Positions 25,101-35,955 of a DNA stretch of 64,000 nucleotides are shown here, piece after piece; the stretch's first letter is position 1; each line of letters starts with the position of its first letter. The position numbers were made by a program, and so were the translations under genes. A model generated the notes under the pieces. That model saw only the letters and a program-made list of their open reading frames with translations. It was not told the origin of the DNA and searched no databases. The stretch covers positions 60,884,001-60,948,000 of the forward strand of contig CM097887.1 in the NCBI GenBank assembly GCA_044892525.1, given 5' to 3'. The DNA is from Schmidtea polychroa. Taxonomy: Eukaryota.

Positions 25101-27366
25101 TCAATGAAATTTATTGAGAAAGACGCTAAACCGATAAGACACAATGTGGATATTTATTTATTATTCATTACCTGAAGTAGCAAGCCTGTTTCGGTTGTGT
25201 TGCTGTTCAAACAGTTCTTTGATATAATTATCTGCCAATCATCCTGCCTGCACTTAACAGACATTTCAATACATCTGTGCCAAGTGTCTGTGTGTTTGTC
25301 CATTGATTTCATGAAAAAATTTAGACTGGCATACATCATAGTCAATTACCAATTGGACTTGTTGTGACAAGTTGTGACATGTCATGTCACCCCAAATTCG
25401 CACACCGGAATTGCCGGTTCTTACACACACAATAAATACGTAACCGGCGGGAGAGCACACAATCCAATCCATCCAAAATTTTCTGCCAGAGAAAAATCTC
25501 AACACTCTGAACATTAAATTTTTGCACACCGGTAAGTTTATGTGTTGCTATTTTTTATCGATTAATTTTTTGATTATGTAGAAACTTTTCTGGATTTAGC
25601 TCATTCATCTGAAAAACCCAACAAGAAGAATGTCAATGGGTGAATGTGCGTAAAACTATGGATCGACCAATCAAATATGGATTTCACAATGATTCACTGA
25701 ATTTCTTACTGAACGAAATATTTATTTTTCAATGTTTCGAGTGGAAGTTATCCATATCTGGATCGCATTTCATCCGACACACGCAAGTCAATCCAATCCA
25801 ACAAGTATCCCCACACTTCTGGTATCGAACATTGAAATGAAGCCTTCGGAAGATTGAGCTGCCTACCAGATATGAAAATATTGCTACTTGGATTATGCTG
25901 TCAAAATCATTTCTAGAACCTCTCCAAGTTCCAAATCTCCCATATAAACTTAATGATTCGTGGGCAGGAGTCGAAAAGCCTTCTTATTCACTCTGCGGCT
26001 TCGCAGTATTGTCACTATATGCCTCAAAGAGAACCAGATTTTGTAAATCACTTCGATGGAATTTATCTCAGACCTATTGGTCCTGAAACAATTTTCTATT
26101 TGCCACATTTGGTGATATAATATGATAATAGAATTGGAGGTATGAGTTTCAACCATTTAACAAATTTATGTGGATTATATGTAAATGATAACATTTTAAT
26201 AAATAAAAAAAAACTTTAATTTTCTATGTTAATAAATCTTATTTTCTATACTTTGGTTTTTAATTTTGGATTTTGATATATCATTTTCTAATTAGGTATT
26301 TAATACCTCAGTAATTTTTTCTATCTTGTATTTTGCTTCGTACGGTTACGAGGTTGCTAACCCCTACTTCAGATCTTACGTTGTGATCGACCTCATTGTT
26401 TCGAATTGTTTTATGATCAATTTTTAGATGAATTTCTGTGGATTTATTTCATTGTAAGGTAAGTCAATTATATTTTCGCTATACTATTTAAATTCGTCCA
26501 ATATTTTTACGCGATTTTCTGGTGATCTCACTTTTATACACTTTACGCGTTCTGATTCTCCTAGATGTATTTGGTTCTAAATAAATCTTTTCGAATTTAA
26601 TTTTTGTATTTTGATTTCTCTTTTGATGCTTTTATAATTTACTTTTTGTGATTTTATCTAAGTTAATTTTTATTTTTAAATTTCTATTTTTATAGTTAAA
26701 TTAAATTTTATTCCAACCTATTTAATTCCTTACTAAAATAATTTTTACTTTTGATTCCCTTTTACCCCAATTAAATTTTTTTTTTTGGATTAACTTATTT
26801 TTATAAATTTTAAATTATAATTTTCCTATTGTTATTTGAGCATGGTTTTTCGGCAGCATCAAATTTCGACTTTATCATTACGAATTTATTATGATTATTT
26901 GGTCGTGGTTTTTCCGATCAAAGAAATGTAAATATATCCTGTTTTTTATTTATTAACCTAAATTTTTCCAAAATTTTATTTTTTGTAGTTGTTAATTAGA
27001 AAATTTTTCTAATCCAAGCAATTCTATTTCCCGAAACAAAAATAATTTTTATTTTTATTCATTTTAATTTTATGTGTTCGTTTGGTTCTTTTGCCTAAAT
27101 AAATTTTATTTCTAGCATAATTCCTAACTTAAGTTTCCCAATTTTCGTTCTAACTAATTTTCCGTTTACCATAATTAAATTTTATTTCTAAAACAGTTTT
27201 TTCTTTAATTAATTTTAATTTCTAATTTTCTTAATTTAATATTTTCCTTTTAGCACAATTTCTCATTTTGATGTTGAAGTTGAATTTTCCGAATAATTGC
27301 CATTTTTGAGTTTGAAAATTTATTATTTATTAATGCTTTTCTGCCAAAAACAATTTATAAACCTAG

Positions 27367-27384
27367 ATCCCGGCTGAGCCCCCA
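27367..27384 (-). promoter_or_regulatory. Primer-binding site, tRNA-Pro-like
   Basis: Minus strand TGGGGGCTCAGCCGGGAT versus the canonical tRNA-Pro PBS TGGGGGCTCGTCCGGGAT (16/18). It starts 7 nt inside the 5' LTR end. Confidence 0.75.
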
Positions 27385-27391
27385 AAAATCA

Positions 27392-28933
27392 TGTTGGTTA
27401 CTTAGGGGTGTATCATTTTTACATTTTAAAATGCGTTAGGGGTAATCATAATCGTTCGACTCTTTCCTAAGCACCTCCATGACTATTAAAATTTAAACCA
27501 TTTGTGTACCCATGGTGACGACCATGTTGGTACTGTACACAAAGGCGAAAAAAACAATGAGCAGGTGAGCTCTATTACTAAAACTACTCCCCATTGTATT
27601 TTCTTTTCGGGTTCTAGACTGCCGATAGAAGGTCTTACGTCATTATTCACTGTGTATGCTATTTTTGAATCGTTGTTGGTCCTCAATTACGGGTATTTCT
27701 AATTGTTCTCTTATAAAATTTTGTGCAGGGATCCGCCCTTATTTTCCAGCTAATAATTATTGTTCTACACTTCCTACAATATCTAAATTATCCTTTGAAA
27801 AATTTGAGCAGGGATTGGCCCTTATTTTCAAGTTAATCCACGCTTCCCATAATATTTACGTTATACTTCAAAAAATTTGAGCAGGGATCTGCCTGTATTC
27901 TCAGTCCTAACCTACATTTGACCACAGTACTTCCAGCGATAGGACCCGTGAGGAAGCCCCCACATTCCGGCCCAATCCAGCTGCGCGATTGAAAAACCAG
28001 CATACCCACCAGTCTGAGCATCCCGAAGGTACCTCAAACCATGATATGCTGAATCTCAATTCAGCGGTACTAACGTTCGTAATCAGTTAGTATAAAAATT
28101 GAACACAATAAAAATTATTATTTAATATCTGCAACTAAATGAAATTAAACAATTAAAAGAAAATAACAAAAGAAAATTTAACTAAAAATTTTATTGCATA
28201 TTAAATTTAATCATCTCATAAAATTACTACAACAATAAAAAATAAATTACCAAATCCACGTGGGCATAAAATCGAAAACTGAGAGCTTCACTGGCTACAA
28301 CTAAATTTTGATGTTAGAGAAAAAGTAGTCTTAAATGAATTTGTGATCAGTATTTATACTGATTTTTCATGCATTTGCTGCCACTCTATCCAATCAGAGT
28401 GCGAGAAATTTTTAATTAGTCTTGCATACCTGCATGAGTGTGTGCAATTGTTTATTTGTTTTAATTCAATAAATTTAATTAATTTCTTATTTAATTTTTA
28501 TTAATTTTAATTTTATAAATTTTATAATTTAAATAATTTGAGTTATATTAATTTTTATTAATTTAAACATTTTTATTCTTTAAATTTAATAAGTTAAATA
28601 ACCATTTAATTCTATAAACTTTACAATTTATATAATGCTAACTAATTTTATTATTTTTGACGATTTAATTTTTATATTGTTTAAATAATTTTCAACTAAT
28701 TCTATTTTATATTTTATTATTTTTCTATTTAAATTTTTAAGTGTTGAATTTTTGTTAAATTTATTTATCTCTTATTCTATTATACGGGGTTTATTGGTTC
28801 TTAATGTGTGATGTAATTTATTTCATTTATTTTAAATTAAACCTTGGTCATAAATTTTTCAACTTTGCGGTTTTTGTGTTAGGTATTTTCGATCGATTAA
28901 AACAAACTCTCAGTTCTCGGCTTCAGCCCAACA
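27392..28933 (-). repeat. 5' LTR (1542 bp)
   Basis: Direct repeat of 12731-14271, bounded by TGTTGG...CCAACA and followed by the GGAA TSD. Confidence 0.95.
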
Positions 28934-29598
28934 GGAATAAATTACAAAAAACAAAAATTAATTAAAAATTAATTAACTAATGGAAAACCCGAGCTAATGG
29001 GAAACCCGAGCTAATGGAGAACCCGAGCTAATGGGAAACCCGATACAATTGAAAACCCGAGCGAATTGAGAAATCCAATTTCGGGAAGGCAATTAATTTA
29101 GCCTGATAAAAAGTAATAAGCGCCGTCAAAGAAAATGAACAAATTCCCTTCAATTAAATTAGATCTCCAAGAGGAAGCCCGGGGGGAAATAAAACCAAAA
29201 ATAATTGGCAAAAATGAAGTCAATTACCAAGCGAGTATAAAAGCAACTGGCAAGAAAACAAAATGCCAGTTGGTCGAAGAAAAGAAAATAGAAGTTTGAC
29301 GAGAGCGAGAAAGGAAATATTAAAGTTAGTAGAAATTAAACCATTTAAAAAAAAATCGAACGTACCAGAAAGGGATATCTCCCGTTGGAAGATCTACCCC
29401 TGCGTGAGATTTGTTGGCAAATTGAAAAGTGCAGACAAAACCTGATTGTATCAAATGTGAGTAGACTAATACAAGTGTAAAAGTTAACTGCATCAGTGTC
29501 AATAAAGATTTTGTGTTGGGTTATTTATTTATTTATTTATTTGGAAAAGAACACAAAGGAGTCAGACCGTAGTACCGACTTGCATTAAAAACCCAACA
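28934..29598 (+). mobile_element. BEL/Pao-type LTR copy 2, 3' piece, with a 17-bp repeat (TGGGAAACCCGAGCTAA x5, 28981-29065)
   Basis: Continues the homology to copy 1 (5205-5765) from the point where 12730 stops, and ends AAACCCAACA. Confidence 0.6.
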
Positions 29599-29735
29599 AA
29601 ACCAAAACGTGTTAATTATTATTTATCTCTTTCGGTGGAAATTGCAACCCGTGAATTTATAATGTATTTATGTATTTCATGATGGTCAGTTCCTGCGGAG
29701 TTCTCTCATTACTTGATACTATACTTCATTATACT

Positions 29736-29940
29736 ATACTTCAAATAATTTGCGCAGGATTCCGCCCTTATTTTCTTGTTTTTTAGTTTTAAGTTTCTTA
29801 TAATACTGATGTTTTTCAATGTTAGCTTTTAAAATTTTTTAACAGGAATCTGCCCTTATTTCCAAGTCATATTAAATCTATCCTAGCTTCGCTATCGAAC
29901 ACTATCTTTCTAAAATTTGGAGAAAGCATCTGCCCTTTTT
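29736..29940. repeat. Diverged relative of the big element's LTR sub-repeat region
   Basis: ATACTTCAAATAATTTGCGCAGGATTCCGCCCTTATTTTC, AACAGGAATCTGCCCTTATTTCCAAG and AAATTTGGAGAAAGCATCTGCCC mirror the three LTR motifs at 13053-13240. Confidence 0.55.
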
Positions 29941-30889
29941 ATTAAATTTTAATGCATTGCTTAACTTAAGCAGTTTAATTAGTAAGAAATTCATTTTTGC
30001 TCTGTCATTGATGTTGTTACGTTAAGTCAATTTGATATTTTATAAACTGGATATTTTAGGTGAACTATGAAATATTTAATGTATATTTAAATAAATAAAT
30101 AAATATCTTAGTTCGTTATTCATTATTTTAACAAAAAACTTAAAATATAACTAAAATCTAAAACAAAGCTCAATTGACATTGCTAAATGAATGTTTCATT
30201 TATGATAATCAAATGCGCTTTGGTGTATTTACTCGCCTCACAAACCTCACTGGACATTAGTGCGACGGGTCTTTAGAGTCTGTGCTGTATGTGATATTCT
30301 TATTTTTGTTATTTGATGATCATTTCAACATGATCTGAATATGCCATTTCAATGTTTGGAAATATATATAAATAATATGCGGTCTGAATTTGGTAATTGT
30401 GATGTTTCGTTATTGGAGTGTGTTGTGATTTTTTTAGTTATAGTCTTTTTATTATAGGGGGAATATTGCAGTTCTAGAAATTAGAAATTAAAAATTTTTA
30501 AAAATAAAATTGAAAAAAAAATTGAAAAAAAATCTATAAACTAAATAAGAATAAAAAAAGAAACACAGAAACCGAAGAGAAAAATTGGAAATATACCTTA
30601 GAAGGAAGTTTTGAAATAAACCATAGCATAGAATTTGAATTAATCAAAGAAGAAAGTAAAAGATTGATAAATATTACAACAAACTTATCTGTGAAATGTC
30701 CTGTCAATAATCCAGTAACGATGTTTATTTTTTCGTTGTTCAATAAACTTTTTAAAAGTTAAATTGGTTCTTTTATATTCGACTTTCATCTAATATTTAT
30801 TTTATTGTTGCTATATATTATTTTTATAAAAACCACACAGACACCCCAGAAGTCCCGAAACAAGTTTTAAAGGAAAATCTTCTGGGTTC

Positions 30890-31231
30890 TCACAAATCTC
30901 TAATAAACTTCTCACTAGTCAATGGGACACAGCTTAAATTCCAATTGATAAATTTTGAAAGGTCAAATTTGAGGATATGATGCAAATCATACCCTCGCAA
31001 ATTATGGAAGACTACCGGCAATGAACGACGGATTTTCCGGGAAAGATTGCACGGTGAGCACGCTGCTCCAAGAAATTTTCCGGAAAAGTGGTCATGGTCC
31101 CTAACTTTTGAAGATAACAATAACTTTTTGCACAAGTAACATCTTGTGCTGACATCGTAAACCTCACGATCAATTTCAGAAAAAATAATATTTTTACTAT
31201 AATTATTATAATAATAAGGAGAAAAATTCAT
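30890..31231 (-). pseudogene. Polinton/Maverick (adintovirus-like) pPolB fragment: endonuclease-VII-like Zn finger plus start of exonuclease
   Basis: CYLCKK...KVRDHDHFSGKFLGAACSPCNL...LPVVFHNLRGYDLHHILK...CVPLTSEKFI matches the C..C...VRDHCH.TGKYRGAAH..CNL...PVVFHNL.GYD motif. Truncated at both ends. Confidence 0.85.
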
Positions 31232-31341
31232 TTCCTAATAAATGTTTTCCAATTCGATTAACCTGAACAGAACTACTGTAATAAAATTAAACAATATCAA
31301 AAAACTTACTCCATGACAACTTTTTGTGTTTCTGTATACAT

Positions 31342-32431
31342 TTATACTAGCACGGTTCTATTTGCAGTAATTTGAACTTCATTTTCAAATACTCCATATA
31401 TAATAACATGTACCGGTTCAGTAACGGCCCTTGCAAACTTTATATTCAGTCGTAAAGTCCCGTTTTGTGGTAGTTGACTCTGATTTAAATCAAAATCGGG
31501 GACTAAAACAAATGTGAAAAATGGGTATCTGGTTTTAAATTCTTCAAGAGTTATTCCACAATTCAAGTTTATATCTAAATACCCCAAATTTCTAACAATA
31601 CTCTGCATATATGTAGCACAGTAATTATCACTTTCGTAATCTTGAGTATTTGTTTCTCTATAATCAGTATTTTTAGACAAAGTCAATGATGTAACACCAA
31701 AGTTTTTGAAAATTGAGCTGGAAGTAGTATATGATTCATTATATTGTGTTTTACTTTGAAATGTTATCAGGATGAAATTAGGCATTCTTCTGTCACCAAA
31801 TATTTGTTCTTTATAGAATGATGAAGCACCTTTAGCAATAGCAAATTGTACAATTTCTTTTGTTTTTAATGGATAAATTGCATGTTTTAAATTAAGACCC
31901 AATTGATGTCCAGCTAATACTGATGGGTCCACTCGAACTCTTCTCACCAGTAATTTTGCATCATATTGGTGCACCTGCACTAGTAAGAAATAATGCAGAA
32001 TCGGACCTTTTCAGTCTAATGTGTACATTAACTCCTGGGAGCAAATATTTCGGTTGATCCATAAAGTCGAGTTGTAATGATGAGCACATGGTGAATAATT
32101 TTGAGCCTTTAACCCACTTTTTTCTTTCATCATCTGTTGCTGCATAACCCATAAGACTAAGACAGGTATTTTTAGTATCAGAATTGTAATTTAAAATAGT
32201 TTCTAACAAGGCCTTGAGAATGAATGTCTTATTTCCGCCCTCAATTTTGATATTATTAAATCCCAACACTGCATCTTTAAACAGAGTATGAAACAGGAAA
32301 TTGTTCGGTATTACATCTGCATTAGCATCCAAAACCTTTCTATCTTTATCTACAACCTTGATCTGAACAGTCAATAAAGTATCGTTCAAATCTAAATATT
32401 CAGTTTGGGATATATGATACTCCCGATTCAC
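31342..32431 (-). pseudogene. Polinton/adintovirus-type major capsid protein (hexon-like), frameshifted
   Basis: Two overlapping ORFs (32431-31961, 31980-31342): EYLDLNDTLL...PNNFLFHTLFKD...LETILNY...QPKYLLPGVNVHIRLKRS, then DAKLLVRRVRVDPS...YP...P..I.I.F....YN.SY...F.NFG.TSLTL...FF.F.L.PD...GTLRLNIKFA......VIIYG.FEN..QI...R.V. One frameshift near 31965. Confidence 0.8.
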
Positions 32432-33485
32432 TCATTACTTCAGATATTGGTATGCTATAATCGAATCAAATATTCTCGTCTTAGGCCTCGTCGGATCTAT
32501 TTCCTTTTCTGGATTTTTAGTGGCTCAAAATTCATCAATATCATTTGTCATCACTCCCTTGAAGCTCTGGGGATCATATGAAGACGTCCAAACAGTATCG
32601 TCGCCGGATCCGTGAAGAGAAAAATCAAATTATGGACATATTCATGATATTTTGACTATGACAATACATAATAAATAAAATTGTTGTAAATATAATAAAA
32701 TACAAAATATAGTTTTACTTTCGATTCCAACACCTTGTTCGAGTTCTAAATAAAATTCGTGGAGCTCTTCGAAGTTAAAGCTGTGAAAATATGAATTCGT
32801 TTACGGAAATCGTAATGCTGTAGCCAATCCTGGTGATCTGGAGTTCGCAATCTGTAACCTGTCGAAAGATTTTAGAAATTTCTGTTTGGAGTTCCCTGTT
32901 TAAGTTTTGAAGTCAATAGTTTCCTCAGTTCGTACCTGTCAAAGTTTTTTAGAAGTTGTTGGAACTAGTCAAGTGTTCGCCTTATATAGAATTTTTCGTC
33001 TAATCAGGACTTAGCTAGGGTGTATTTTTAATATTTTCCTTATTTTTGGGTTTTTATTTGCTTTTCTTATAGTATTTATTTGTTTTACTTTATTATTTTA
33101 TTATTTTATTTTATTTAGTTTTTTCTATATTTTCTCGTATTTTAGTGGGTTTTCGTTGTTAATTCTTCATGTGATTTGCTGTTTCAATTTTCTTTTGTTT
33201 TTATTTAATGTTTTTATGTTAAATTTCATTTTCTTATTTACTTTTAACTTTCTGCTTAATTATGTTTCTTTTATTTGTTTGTTATGGTTACGAGATTTGC
33301 GGTTTGTTTGTTTATTATTCATGGTTTCCTTATTCTGATTTTAGTTGTTTTCTTAATCTATTGTTTTCTCCTTTTATTTTTTAATTTTTCCTCACACTTG
33401 GTAATTTAGCTTGATTTTACTTAATACGGTATTTATTTTTTAAATTATTTTTAAAGAGAATGGTTTTCATGATTCATTACTCCTC

Positions 33486-33552
33486 CCTATTTTCACAGCT
33501 TCAATCCAATTTTCACAACTTCAATCCTATTTTCACAGCTTCGAGCCCAACA
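33486..33552. repeat. 20-bp repeat x3 ending in an LTR-terminus-like CCCAACA
   Basis: CCTATTTTCACAGCTTCAAT units. The end GCTTCGAGCCCAACA resembles the big-LTR end GGCTTCAGCCCAACA. Confidence 0.5.
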
Positions 33553-33952
33553 TTGTGCATATTTAATTATCACGTATTTTATTGAACTTCTTGATGTAGT
33601 AATTTATAATGATTTTCGTTATTTTAATTATTTTATTTATCACACTATAAATTTGTATATCACTATTCCTTCATTATTCATTTTATATTTGAACATTTGA
33701 TTCAATGACAAAATTACATTTTATTTTATGGTTAATTTGTCTTTAACACAAGGGTAAATAATATTGAAAAAATAAATCATTACTATTAAAATTAATATAT
33801 TTTATTTTTAGAATATTTTAATCATGACTTAATATATAATAATGAAAATAAAATAAAAAATCATTACTATAAAAATTAAATTTATTTTACTTTTAGAATA
33901 TATTTTACTTGTAGAATATTTTAATTATGATTTAAAATATACGCACACAATA

Positions 33953-34072
33953 CAGTAAAAACATATAATTAATATTATGTAGTAGAAACATATGGTAACC
34001 TATATTAAGCACGCAATAAATAACACAGTAAAAATACATAATTAATATCATGTAGTAGGAACATATGGTAAA
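33953..34072. repeat. 73-bp-period tandem duplication
   Basis: CAGTAAAAAyAyATAATTAATATyATGTAGTAGrAACATATGGTAA at 33953 and 34026. Confidence 0.75.
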
Positions 34073-35265
34073 AATTAATAAATAATATTATGCACACAAT
34101 AAATAATGAAACTAATAGTTAACGATTCCGTGCGTATAAGCCGGAAATAATTATATTTTATTTTAGTAAGAAAAAATTTAGTATAAATAAGCGCCCTAAA
34201 ATCAGTCAAAGCACCCAAAAATTATTCCAAGAGGCATCTTCAAAGTAAATCTTGCGAAGAAACAAAGTCATAGAACAGACAGAAACGTTCCACATAAACT
34301 TTAATTAATCACGATTAGATAACAGCACTTCATATTTGGCATGGATATTTTTAAATATAATCAATAATTATTTGGTATACGTTTTTGAGTGTAAAGAACC
34401 AAATTTTCTGATGTGATTATCATTGGTAAATTTGATATTTTAATAAACATTTATACAGAGACTTATATTAGTCCCGATCTATATAAGAACCAGTAAAGTT
34501 GAGAATCTCAATTAATTTGGTAAAATATCTAGTGACATAATACAAATAGGTATAAGTTGATTTTGTCAATATAAACTCAGGAAATTCGACGGGAAATTTC
34601 AATTATCTAATCTTAAAATGTTATCTGACTCTTCTAAATTCAGTTAATGAAAGATCTTATATTGAAAGTTTAAAGTAAATGATGTGGAGTGAGAAATTAA
34701 ATACACGGTGAAATTATGAAGGGAGAAGAGAGAAACGAGGCACGACATCTTCTACCCAGCAACTTGTTGGGCTATTAGAAGTTTTCATTGTAGAGTTCAC
34801 CTTTTGCCAAAAGTCACCCAATAAATCGGAGTTCCAATGTCATTTGTGACAGGCATTTAGTGGTTCATTAAATTAATTATGCGCGGTTACAGAAGGAAAT
34901 ACGGAAATAAGAAAAGAGTTTGGAAGTGAAAGATCTTACCCACATGTAACCCACCAGTTTTATGGCTTCGTCTTGACTTACTAACAATTATTTTTGATTT
35001 ATTTTACTAATCTTATTCGCTTATTTAATTTTACGTTACTGGGAAAAAGTTCCAGATTCACACATTTCTTACCCGAACTGATGCTAGATATTTATCTTTC
35101 CATTACCATAAATCTATATTTCAGTTATTTTTTGCCTTCACGAATATCTTATTCAAATCAAATAGATTAATTAAATTGAATGATTTGAATTAATATGCAT
35201 CAAATTAAATTTTTTATTTTTTTATTTAAATATTTGTTTGTTCCTCAATTAATATAACGTATATT

Positions 35266-35624
35266 ACCAAATAGTATCACTACACCTAATAGTATCATTA
35301 ATACTATATTTAGTGATACTATTTAAATAATATCACCATATTAAAACATTGTATATGGAGTGTATATGGAGTGGAGTTCTGTAAGGCGTGGATTTCTTCA
35401 AACACCGAATCCCGATTAAATAACGAGTCTATACTTGATGAAAATGATTATTATGAGGACGTTGAGTATTTGGATGATGATGATGAATAAATTTTTGATA
35501 ATTATCTAAACTTATTTTTTATTAAAATGACCAAAGCACTGAATAATATCACTATACTAACTCTAATATCTAATATATTTTTTTTGGTGATATTATTTTT
35601 ATAGTATCACTGATACTATTCGGT
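35266..35624. mobile_element. Small TIR element candidate upstream of RCC1
   Basis: ACCAAATAGTATC ... GATACTATTCGGT (12/13 inverted) with repeated AATAGTATCAC/GTGATATTATT motifs and an acidic ORF tail (DENDYYEDVEYLDDDDE*). TSD unclear. Confidence 0.35.
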
Positions 35625-35955
35625 GATATCCGTTATTTAATTCAGTTATTTGGAAATAGATCAGTTTAATAAGATTTATTCAAGTAAAAGTTTTTCTTCA
35701 TAATTAGACAATTAAATCAGTTGTATAAAATTTATTGAAATAGAATCAAAAATGTGGCATTTATCAATATTTATTAAAAAATAATTTTCTACATGGAAAC
35801 GTGCTTACTTAATGTTTAATGATAAATAGTACATTTAGCCATATTCTTACAAAGAAAATAAAATGATGTAAATGCATTAAGAGTCATTTAATATTACGGG
35901 ATAAAGTGTTTTTAAAATTTGTTTTTAAAATATTCATTTAATAATATTTTTAGAT

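Larger units (their letters stand above)
12731..28933 (-). mobile_element. 16.2-kb Ty3/Gypsy-like LTR element, gag-only (non-autonomous)
   Basis: Two ~1.54-kb direct repeats with inverted TGTTGG...CCAACA ends and a 4-bp TSD GGAA (12727-12730, 28934-28937). A PBS lies beside the right LTR and a minus-strand Gag ORF is present. No protease, RT, RNase H or integrase ORF is visible. Confidence 0.92.

Noticed and set aside
27367-27384. tRNA gene
   Set aside because: Only the 18-nt 3'-end match is present, with no cloverleaf or A/B boxes. It is interpreted as a PBS.
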